Source: Anaerovoracaceae bacterium
GTDB taxonomy: Bacteria; Verrucomicrobiota; Kiritimatiellia; RFP12; UBA1067
Length of the DNA stretch: 32,698 bases
Reading direction: 5' to 3'
NCBI GenBank assembly: GCA_963629255.1
Contig: CAVGIZ010000001.1
Coordinates: 1 to 32,698 of the forward strand
Below are positions 25,168 through 32,693 of this stretch, in pieces. The notes under the pieces are model-generated. The model worked only from the letters and a program-made list of their open reading frames with translations, made no database searches and had not been told where the DNA came from. The translations under genes and the position numbers were made by a program. Within the stretch, counting starts at the first letter, position 1. Every line of letters starts with the position of its first letter.

Positions 25168-26133
25168 TTATTCGTGGTTGAACAAGTCGTTGATCGATTC
25201 GTTCATATGTGTCCGCTTAATGGCCTCGCCAATCAGCGGCGCGACAGAAAGTTGCGTCAACTTGAACGGCAACTGCGCTGGATCAAAGCCCGCACGAAGC
25301 GGAATCGAATCTGTCACCACAAGCTCGTCAAGCTGCGTCTCGTGCGTCAAGCGATCAACGCCCTTCTCGGTGAGCGGGAAGTGCGAAACAAACGCGTGCA
25401 CGCTCTTCGCGCCATTATCGCGGCACATCTTCGCGGCCGCGCTCAACGTGCCACCCGTCGCCGTCATATCATCAACCATAATGACATCACAATCCTTCAC
25501 ATCACCAACGACGCTGAACGCATCCACCGTCGCATCGCCCGTACGCTGCTTCGCCACAATCGCGAGCCCGCACCCAAGCTTGCGGCTATACCCATACGCC
25601 GTCTTCGCCCCACCCGTATCCGGCGACACCACAACTGGCTTGGCCCAGTGCTGATCGCGAATGTACTTCAAAATCACCGGCTCCGCCTTCAGGTGATCCA
25701 GCGGAATATCAAAAAAGCCCTGAATCTGGTTCGCGTGCAAATCCATCGTCAACACGCGATTCGCGCCCGCCGTCTGCAACAAGTTCGCAATGAGCCGCGC
25801 CGTAATCGGCACCCGCGGCTGATCCTTGCGGTCCTGACGCGCATACCCATAGTACGGCAACACCGCCGTAATGCGCGCCGCCGACCCACGCTTCAAGGCG
25901 TCCATAATCACGAACAATTCCATGTACGCCTCATTCGGATTCGGCGAGCCCGACTGAATCACAAACACATCCTTGCCACGCACTGGATCAATAATCTGGC
26001 AAAACGTTTCGCCATCCGGGAAGTGCTTGATATCAATCTTGTTGAGTGGCTTGCCGAGGTAGTTCGCCACCTTTTCTGCGAGCGCGAGATTGGCCGTGCC
26101 CGAAAATACCATGAAGTCTTTGGAGTCTTCCAT
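25168..26133 (-). CDS. prs: Ribose-phosphate pyrophosphokinase
   Basis: 321 aa. Motifs: YYGYARQDRK, VVSPDTGGAKTA, VDDMTATGGTL. Confidence 0.95.
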   Translation of the reverse strand: MEDSKDFMVFSGTANLALAEKVANYLGKPLNKIDIKHFPDGETFCQIIDPVRGKDVFVIQSGSPNPNEAYMELFVIMDALKRGSAARITAVLPYYGYARQDRKDQPRVPITARLIANLLQTAGANRVLTMDLHANQIQGFFDIPLDHLKAEPVILKYIRDQHWAKPVVVSPDTGGAKTAYGYSRKLGCGLAIVAKQRTGDATVDAFSVVGDVKDCDVIMVDDMTATGGTLSAAAKMCRDNGAKSVHAFVSHFPLTEKGVDRLTHETQLDELVVTDSIPLRAGFDPAQLPFKLTQLSVAPLIGEAIKRTHMNESINDLFNHE

Positions 26134-26153
26134 GTTAGCCTTTCTGTTAGTAA

Positions 26154-27008
26154 TTATAAATCAAATTGTGGTTTTTCTTCTTCTTGAATACCTTCTGGAT
26201 GCGTCTTTTCCCACGCCGCGCGCACCTTCAAAAAACACCAGCCCGTCAACGGCACCGTCAAAATATACCCCACACCAATCACGCCCAACGTAATCCAAAA
26301 GTTCGTCACGAGGAGCGCCACCAACAACAACAGCCCCGCCATCGTCGGCAGCAAATAACTCTTCGAAATATGCACCGCCTTCAAGGAGATCGTCGGCAGG
26401 CGCGACGCCATCAACGACCCCACAAACACAAGCATGAAAATCCCCGTCCACGGATTCTGCAAAAATGCCGCGAACGCAGGAGAAATGCCGCGCGCATCTA
26501 GCGCAAGCGACAAAATCGCGGGCGTCAACACCATCCAACATCCACCCGGCGCCGGCACACCCGTAAAGAAATGCTTCCAATACGGCAACGCCGGCTGTTC
26601 CAACATCGTATTGAACCGCGCCAACCGAAAACAATCACACATCGCATAATAAAGTGCACACCCCAGCACAATCCGTATCAGCGGCTGCGGCACAACCGTC
26701 CCATCCGCCAACACATGCGCCGGCCCACCCGTCATCCAAAAATACATAAACATCGCCGGCGCCACACCAAAGTTCACAAAGTCGGCGAGCGAATCCAACT
26801 CCGCCCCCAACTTCGAACTCGCGTTCAACAACCTCGCCACGCGTCCATCAATCCCGTCACAAATACACGCCACCAAAAGCGCCCACAACGCCGGCATGAA
26901 ACGCCCTTCGCTCGAAAACGAAATCGACGTAATCCCCGCACACGCCGCCATCGACGTAATCAAATTCGGCACAATCGCCCGCAATGGAATCTGTTGTTCT
27001 TCGCTCAT
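26154..27008 (-). CDS. pssA: CDP-diacylglycerol--serine O-phosphatidyltransferase
   Basis: 284 aa. CDP-alcohol phosphatidyltransferase motif DGIDGRVARLLNASSKLGAELDSLAD. Polytopic. ATGA overlap with the psd stop. Confidence 0.85.
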   Translation of the reverse strand: MSEEQQIPLRAIVPNLITSMAACAGITSISFSSEGRFMPALWALLVACICDGIDGRVARLLNASSKLGAELDSLADFVNFGVAPAMFMYFWMTGGPAHVLADGTVVPQPLIRIVLGCALYYAMCDCFRLARFNTMLEQPALPYWKHFFTGVPAPGGCWMVLTPAILSLALDARGISPAFAAFLQNPWTGIFMLVFVGSLMASRLPTISLKAVHISKSYLLPTMAGLLLLVALLVTNFWITLGVIGVGYILTVPLTGWCFLKVRAAWEKTHPEGIQEEEKPQFDL

Positions 27009-27706
27009 GATAAATGTCCGAGTACCGTCTCGCCCGCGACCATCACCTGGCCAATCCGCACGCTCGGCACCACGCCCTCCGGTAAATACACATCGAGCCG
27101 CGATCCAAACCGAATCAGTCCAAACCGCTCCGCCGCCTTCAAATGCGCACCCTCCTCAACCTGCGGCACAATCCGCCGCGCCACCAACCCCGCAATCTGC
27201 GTCACGCCATACTCCTGCCCATTCTCCGCCTTAATAAGGTAGTTGCATCTCTCATTCTCTTTCGACGCCTTATCCAGCGACGCATTGAAAAACTTCCCCG
27301 CGGCAATATACTCCTTGCGCACCACCGTCCCCGCCGTCGGCAGACGATTCACATGCACATTGAACACACTCATAAACACAGACACCCGCCAATGCTTCTT
27401 CCCGTCCGCCAACCCATCCGGCAACTCTTCCTCACTAATCAAACAAATACGCCCATCCGCCGGAGACAAAATCGCCTTCTCATCTTCCGGCGGATAACGT
27501 TCAGGATCACGGAAAAACAAAAATACCCCATAAGCCAGCAAAAACAGCGGCAGCGACAAAACGCTTGCCCACGGACAAAACGCCCCCGCCGCCACACTGT
27601 ACACAATCGCAATCACAAGCGCAATCATCCCAAACTTCACACCCTCACGATTGATGTGCGGGAATAAATACGCGCTGTTCGAAAAATCTGGCTTCTGTTC
27701 GTTCAT
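27005..27706 (-). CDS. psd: Phosphatidylserine decarboxylase proenzyme (short Asd-type)
   Basis: 233 aa from ATG 27706 (MNEQKPDFSNSAYLF). N-terminal TM segments. FGSR self-cleavage context IRFGSRLDVYLP. The ORF-track extension to 27880 overlaps infC. Confidence 0.8.
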   Translation of the reverse strand: MNEQKPDFSNSAYLFPHINREGVKFGMIALVIAIVYSVAAGAFCPWASVLSLPLFLLAYGVFLFFRDPERYPPEDEKAILSPADGRICLISEEELPDGLADGKKHWRVSVFMSVFNVHVNRLPTAGTVVRKEYIAAGKFFNASLDKASKENERCNYLIKAENGQEYGVTQIAGLVARRIVPQVEEGAHLKAAERFGLIRFGSRLDVYLPEGVVPSVRIGQVMVAGETVLGHLS

Positions 27707-27714
27707 GTCTTCTC

Positions 27715-28320
27715 TTACGAAATCGTAATCTTGTTGCCGTTCGCGTCCTCGCCCGAACCCTTCGATTCTGGCGCCTCGCTCTTTTCCTTCGGCTGACCAC
27801 CCTTCGCGTTCTTCCGCGGCGGCCCAATCAACGCACCCAAAATGCGCCCAAGCGTCTTCGGCGCCTGCTCCACAAAGCACTCGCCTTCCAACGCCTCCAA
27901 CACGCGATTGATCACATCTTCGCCCAACTCACGGTGCGCATTCTCGCGCCCTCGATATTGAAGCGTCAACTTGACCTTGCTCCCGTCCGCCAAAAAACCA
28001 CGGATCTGCTTCAACTTGTAGTCGAAGTCATTCGTATCGGTCCCAGGATGGAATTTGATTTCCTTCACCTTCTGGACCTTCTGCGACTTCCGCGCTTGCT
28101 TGGCCTTGATGGACTCTTCGTACTTGAACTTTCCGTAGTCCATAATTTTGCAGACAGGCGGTGTGGCATTTGGCGTGATTTCCACCAAATCCAAGCCCTG
28201 CTGATCGGCCATGCGCTGCGCTTCGCGCGTCGACATAACGCCAATCATTTTACCCGTAGCATCCAGTACGCGAACCTGCGGAACGCGTATCTTATAATTT
28301 ACACGTGTGAACTGTGCGAT
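27715..28320 (-). CDS. infC: Translation initiation factor IF-3, probable non-canonical AUC start
   Basis: The conserved N-domain RVNYKIRVPQVRVLDATGKMIGV lies upstream of the first ATG (28248). The frame opens after TAA at 28335-28333. ATC at 28320 is preceded by GAGGTG with 4-nt spacing. Further motifs: LDLVEITPNATPPVCKIMDYGKF. There is a ~35-aa K/E/G-rich C-terminal tail. Confidence 0.8.
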   Translation of the reverse strand: MAQFTRVNYKIRVPQVRVLDATGKMIGVMSTREAQRMADQQGLDLVEITPNATPPVCKIMDYGKFKYEESIKAKQARKSQKVQKVKEIKFHPGTDTNDFDYKLKQIRGFLADGSKVKLTLQYRGRENAHRELGEDVINRVLEALEGECFVEQAPKTLGRILGALIGPPRKNAKGGQPKEKSEAPESKGSGEDANGNKITIS

Positions 28321-28362
28321 AACCCACCTCGTTTATAATCGATTTATGGTTAGTGATGCCGT

Positions 28363-28376
28363 ATATTATACCATAT
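28363..28376 (-). promoter_or_regulatory. Extended -10 promoter word for the infC operon
   Basis: The minus strand reads ATATGGTATAATAT. TATAAT (28370..28365) lies 44 nt upstream of ATC 28320. Confidence 0.65.
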
Positions 28377-28446
28377 TTCGGACCCAAAAATCAAGTGGAA
28401 AGTTTGAAAATCTTTTCAAACCACTTCCACCCCTCTCTCTCCACGA

Positions 28447-28484
28447 GAGAAGAAAAGGAGGCGCGGCACTTCTGCCGCGCTTCC
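28447..28484 (-). terminator. Intrinsic terminator of dnaK-groES-groEL, built from an inverted pair of the TGCCGCG word
   Basis: GCGCGGCA(28461-68)-CTTC-TGCCGCGC(28473-80), extendable to about 12 bp (GGAG/TTCC with one G.U). The minus-strand RNA continues TTTTCTTCTCT. It lies 30 nt after the groEL stop. Confidence 0.8.
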
Positions 28485-28514
28485 TTTCGCCCTTGATTTG
28501 AAGGCCACGCATGA

Positions 28515-30146
28515 TTACATCATACCGCCCATATCCGGTGCGCCATGTCCGCCACAGCCGCAGGACTCCTTCTTCTCAGGAATGTCCGTGACCATGCAAT
28601 CGGTCGTCAAGAGCAACCCTGCAATGGACGCCGCGTTCTGCAACGCCGAGCGCGTCACCTTCGCCGGATCCACAACGCCTGCCTTCAGCAAGTCGCCATA
28701 TTCGCCCGTACGAACGTTGTAACCATTCGTGCCAGTCGCCTTCTTGACGTTCGCAATGACGAGCGCCGCTTCCTGACCCGCATTATTGACGAGCTTGCGC
28801 AAAGGCGCCTCAATCGCGCGTTCAATGATCTTCGCGCCAACGAGCTCATCGCCCTCCAACTTGAGCGCGTCAATCGCCTTCTGCGCACGCAAATACGCCA
28901 CGCCGCCGCCCGGCACAATGCCTTCTTCAACAGCCGCACGCGTCGCATGCAACGCATCATCCACGCGATCCTTCTTCTCCTTCATCGCCGCTTCCGTCGC
29001 CGCGCCGACCTTGATCAACGCCACGCCGCCCGCGAGCTTCGCCAAACGCTCCTGCAGTTTCTCGCGATCGTAATCAGACGTCGTCTCCTCAATCTGCTTC
29101 TTGATGACCGCAACACGCGCATCGATGTCCGCCTTCTTGCCAAGACCCTCGACAATCGTCGTGTTGTCCTTATCGACAACAACCTTCTTCGCGCGACCAA
29201 GATCCGTCAGCTGAACATTCTCAAGCTTGATGCCGAGGTCCTCGCTGATCAGCTTGCCGCCCGTCAAAATCGCGATATCCTCAAGAATCGCTTTCCGACG
29301 ATCACCAAAGCCCGGCGCCTTCACCGCGCACACCTGGAATGTGCCGCGCAACTTGTTCACGACGAGCGTCGCGAGCGCTTCACCTTCAACGTCCTCCGCA
29401 ATGATCATCAGCGGACGCCCCGTCTTCGCCACAGCCTGCAAAAGCGGCAACATGTCCTGCAAGTTCGAAATCTTCTTCTCAAACAAAAGAATGAGCGGAT
29501 TCTCCAACTCGCATTCCATATCCTCAGGGCTCGTCACGAAATACGGCGACAAATAACCCTTATCGAACTGCATGCCTTCAACAACATCCAGCGTCGATTC
29601 CAGCGTCTTCGCCTCTTCAACCGTGATCGTCCCTTCCTTGCCAACCTTGTCCATCGCGTCAGAAATCATCTTACCGATTTCCGTATCGCCATTCGCAGAA
29701 ATGGTCGCGACCTGCGCAATTTCATCCGCGCTCTTGACCTTCTTTGCCTGCTTCGCGATCGACTCCGTCACCGCCGCCGTCGCCTTGTCAATGCCCGCCT
29801 TCAGCGCCATCGCATTCGCGCCAGCCGTCAAGTTCTTCAAGCCCTCGCGATAAATCGCCTCAGCCAAAAGTGTCGCGGTCGTCGTACCATCGCCCGCAAC
29901 GTCATTCGTCTTCGAAGCGACTTCCTTAACCATCTGCGCACCCATGTTCTCAAACGGATCCGGAAGCTCAATCTCCTTCGCAACCGTCACACCGTCCTTC
30001 GTAATCTGCGGCGACCCAAACTTCTTGTCCAGAATCACATTGCGACCAGACGGCCCCAACGTCGACGTCACCGCCGCCGACAACTTCTCAATGCCCGCCA
30101 AAATTTTCTGCCGCGCATCTGCGTCAAACTTAATCTGCTTTGCCAT
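28515..30146 (-). CDS. groL: Chaperonin GroEL
   Basis: 543 aa. Motifs: [23 protein letters not shown]-terminal ...GAPDMGGMM. Confidence 0.97.
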   Translation of the reverse strand: MAKQIKFDADARQKILAGIEKLSAAVTSTLGPSGRNVILDKKFGSPQITKDGVTVAKEIELPDPFENMGAQMVKEVASKTNDVAGDGTTTATLLAEAIYREGLKNLTAGANAMALKAGIDKATAAVTESIAKQAKKVKSADEIAQVATISANGDTEIGKMISDAMDKVGKEGTITVEEAKTLESTLDVVEGMQFDKGYLSPYFVTSPEDMECELENPLILLFEKKISNLQDMLPLLQAVAKTGRPLMIIAEDVEGEALATLVVNKLRGTFQVCAVKAPGFGDRRKAILEDIAILTGGKLISEDLGIKLENVQLTDLGRAKKVVVDKDNTTIVEGLGKKADIDARVAVIKKQIEETTSDYDREKLQERLAKLAGGVALIKVGAATEAAMKEKKDRVDDALHATRAAVEEGIVPGGGVAYLRAQKAIDALKLEGDELVGAKIIERAIEAPLRKLVNNAGQEAALVIANVKKATGTNGYNVRTGEYGDLLKAGVVDPAKVTRSALQNAASIAGLLLTTDCMVTDIPEKKESCGCGGHGAPDMGGMM

Positions 30147-30164
30147 ATTCTTTCTTCCTTTCTT

Positions 30165-30452
30165 TTACTTGTCCAACACGCCCAGAAGGTCCTCTTCACG
30201 GACGAGCTGCAACTTCTTGCCATCAAGCTTAATTTCCGTCCCACCGTACTTCGGCAGGAGCACCGTGTCGCCAGCCTTGACATCGAACGCAATCTCCTTG
30301 CCATCCTTGTCCAGCTTCTTGCCAACGGCAATCACCTTACCCTGCATCGGCTTTTCCTTGGCCGAGTCAGGAATAATAATCCCGCCCACGGTCTGTTCCT
30401 TTTCTTCAACGGGCTCAACGAGCACGCGATCACCCAACGGTCTAATCTTCAT
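30165..30452 (-). CDS. groS: Co-chaperonin GroES
   Basis: 95 aa. [44 protein letters not shown]. Confidence 0.97.
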   Translation of the reverse strand: MKIRPLGDRVLVEPVEEKEQTVGGIIIPDSAKEKPMQGKVIAVGKKLDKDGKEIAFDVKAGDTVLLPKYGGTEIKLDGKKLQLVREEDLLGVLDK

Positions 30453-30491
30453 TATTTGTTACTCCTTTTCTTTCTTACGAAATTGTTCTTG

Positions 30492-32456
30492 TTATTTCAT
30501 TGTAAAGTCAGCATCGACGACGTCATCGCCATCCTTCTTGTTGCCGCCATTCGCCGCGCCACCATTCGGCGGCGGCGTCCCCGCACCAGCCGCACCCGCG
30601 CCCGGGTTCGCACCCGCGCCCGGGTTCGCACCCGCCGCGCCAGTAGCCCCGGCCGCACCCGCCGAATACATCTCCTGCGCCACAGGTTCCATCGCCTTCA
30701 TCAGCGCCTCCTGCTTCGCCTTGATGGACTCAATCGGTGCCGCCGGCGTCTTCGCCAGCTCCTCCTTCAACGCCTTCAACGCCGCCTCAACCGGCGCCTT
30801 CTTCTCCGCGGCAATCTTATCCCCCGCATCCTTCAGCGTCTTCTCGACCTGGAAGGCCAAGCCATCCGCCTTGTTGCGTTCCTCAACTTCCGCATGACGC
30901 TTCTCATCTTCCGCCGCGTGCGCTTCCGCATCACGACGCATCTTCTCAATCTCTTCCTTGGACAAACCGCCCGCGGCAGTAATCGTAATCTTCTGCTCCT
31001 TCTGCGTCCCAAGATCCTTCGCCGACACATTCAAAATGCCATTCGCATCAATATCGAACGTCACCTCAATCTGCGGCACGCCCCGCGGCGCCGGCGGAAT
31101 CCCATCCAGGTTGAAATTGCCCAAGCTCTTGTTATCACGCGCCATCTTACGATCGCCCTGGAAAATCGCAATCGTCACCGCCGGCTGATTATCCGCCGCC
31201 GTCGAAAACACCTGCGACTTCTTCGTCGGAATCGTCGTGTTGCGCTCAATCAAAGGCGTCATCACACCACCAAGCGTCTCAATCCCGAGCGTCAACGGCG
31301 TCACATCGAGGAGCAACACATCCTTCACTTCGCCCTTCAAAATGCCGCCCTGAATCGCCGCGCCCATCGCAACCACCTCATCCGGGTTCACACCCTTGTG
31401 CGGTTCCTTGCCAAACAAGCTCTTCGCCTTCTCCTGAATAAGCGGCATACGCGTCTGACCACCCACCAAGACAACCTCATCAACCGAACTCAAGTCCGCA
31501 TCCTGCATGCACTTCCGGCACGGCTCGCTCGTCCGATTCACCAAGTCCATCGTCAGCGTCTCCAATTTCGAACGCGTCAAAGACGTCGTCAAATGCTTCG
31601 GACCCGTCGCATCCGCCGTGATGAACGGCAAATTGATGTCATAGCTCGTCGCGCTCGACAACGCGCACTTCGCCTTCTCCGCTTCCTCTTTCAAACGCTG
31701 CAACGCCATCATATCGTTGCCCAAGTCAATCCCCTGCTGCGCCTTGAAGTCCTCGATCATCCACTTCATGATCGCCTGGTCAAGGTCATCGCCACCCAAA
31801 TGCGTATCACCATTCGTCGCCTTCACCTCGAAAACGCCATCGCCAATATCAAGAATCGAAATATCAAACGTGCCGCCACCAAAGTCGTACACCGCAATCT
31901 TCTCGTTTTTCTTCTTGTCGAGTCCATACGCCAAGCTCGCCGCCGTCGGTTCATTCACAATACGCTTCACGTCTAGCCCGGCAATCTTGCCCGCATCCTT
32001 CGTCGCCTGACGCTGCTGGTCGTTGAAGTACGCCGGAACCGTAATCACCGCTTCCGTAATCTTCTCACCCAAAAACGCCTCCGCATCTTCCTTCAACTTC
32101 CGCAACACCATCGCGGAAATCTCCTGCGCCGTGTAAACCTTATCGTTCACCTTCACCGCAGCATCCCCATTCGGCGCCGCCACCACCTCGTACGGAACCA
32201 TCTTAATCTCGTCCGTCATCTCATCAAACCGACGCCCAATGAAACGCTTAATCGAGTAAATCGTCGACTTCGGATTCGTCACCGCCTGACGCTTCGCAGC
32301 CTGACCCACCAAAATCTCACCCGTCTTTGTAAATGCAACAATCGACGGAGTCGTCCGCGCGCCTTCCTTATTAGGAATCACCGTCGCCTCTCCGCCTTCC
32401 ATAACAGCCATACAGCTGTTTGTCGTGCCCAAGTCAATACCAAGTACCTTTGCCAT
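30492..32456 (-). CDS. dnaK: Molecular chaperone DnaK
   Basis: 654 aa from ATG 32456 ([18 protein letters not shown]). Motifs: [24 protein letters not shown]. The 50-codon N-terminal extension in the ORF track (GQ-rich) is an artefact of the upstream GTGGGAC repeats. Confidence 0.97.
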   Translation of the reverse strand: MAKVLGIDLGTTNSCMAVMEGGEATVIPNKEGARTTPSIVAFTKTGEILVGQAAKRQAVTNPKSTIYSIKRFIGRRFDEMTDEIKMVPYEVVAAPNGDAAVKVNDKVYTAQEISAMVLRKLKEDAEAFLGEKITEAVITVPAYFNDQQRQATKDAGKIAGLDVKRIVNEPTAASLAYGLDKKKNEKIAVYDFGGGTFDISILDIGDGVFEVKATNGDTHLGGDDLDQAIMKWMIEDFKAQQGIDLGNDMMALQRLKEEAEKAKCALSSATSYDINLPFITADATGPKHLTTSLTRSKLETLTMDLVNRTSEPCRKCMQDADLSSVDEVVLVGGQTRMPLIQEKAKSLFGKEPHKGVNPDEVVAMGAAIQGGILKGEVKDVLLLDVTPLTLGIETLGGVMTPLIERNTTIPTKKSQVFSTAADNQPAVTIAIFQGDRKMARDNKSLGNFNLDGIPPAPRGVPQIEVTFDIDANGILNVSAKDLGTQKEQKITITAAGGLSKEEIEKMRRDAEAHAAEDEKRHAEVEERNKADGLAFQVEKTLKDAGDKIAAEKKAPVEAALKALKEELAKTPAAPIESIKAKQEALMKAMEPVAQEMYSAGAAGATGAAGANPGAGANPGAGAAGAGTPPPNGGAANGGNKKDGDDVVDADFTMK

Positions 32457-32506
32457 ATCTATATTCTCTACTTTCTGCCACCCACCATGAGTGACACCCA
32501 ATACCC

Positions 32507-32522
32507 AGCACAACCCATGCCA
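32507..32522 (-). promoter_or_regulatory. Candidate sigma54-type -24/-12 promoter upstream of dnaK
   Basis: The minus strand reads TGGCATGGGTTGTGCT, against the consensus TGGCACG-N4-TTGCW. GG and GC are at the canonical 12-nt offset. The GC lies about 50 nt upstream of ATG 32456. Confidence 0.35.
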
Positions 32523-32565
32523 AGGCCCAAAAACCGCCGCGCTCAGCCCAAATCTGTGCCAAAGA

Positions 32566-32606
32566 GTCCCACTTTGTCCCATCCCCCCCTGTCCCACTTG
32601 TCCCAC
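32566..32606 (-). promoter_or_regulatory. Two tandem pairs of heptad direct repeats (GTGGGAC-AA-GTGGGAC ... ATGGGAC-AAA-GTGGGAC) upstream of dnaK
   Basis: The plus strand carries GTCCCA at 32566, 32576, 32591 and 32600. This hexamer is otherwise not enriched in the window. The repeats lie 45-85 nt upstream of the sigma54-like element. Confidence 0.5.
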
Positions 32607-32620
32607 CTTAGCTCACGGCG

Positions 32621-32640
32621 CGGGGGGCGCCGCCCCCCGT
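32621..32640. repeat. 20-nt GC hairpin (copy 2 of 2)
   Basis: Identical to 8589-8608. Confidence 0.9.
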
Positions 32641-32677
32641 TGTCATTGTTTCCACCCCGCCCAGGGCCCCTTCCTCG

Positions 32678-32693
32678 CGCGTAAGCAACCTAA
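32678..32693. repeat. 16-mer CGCGTAAGCAACCTAA (copy 2 of 2)
   Basis: Identical to 8505-8520. The window ends 5 nt later. Confidence 0.9.
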
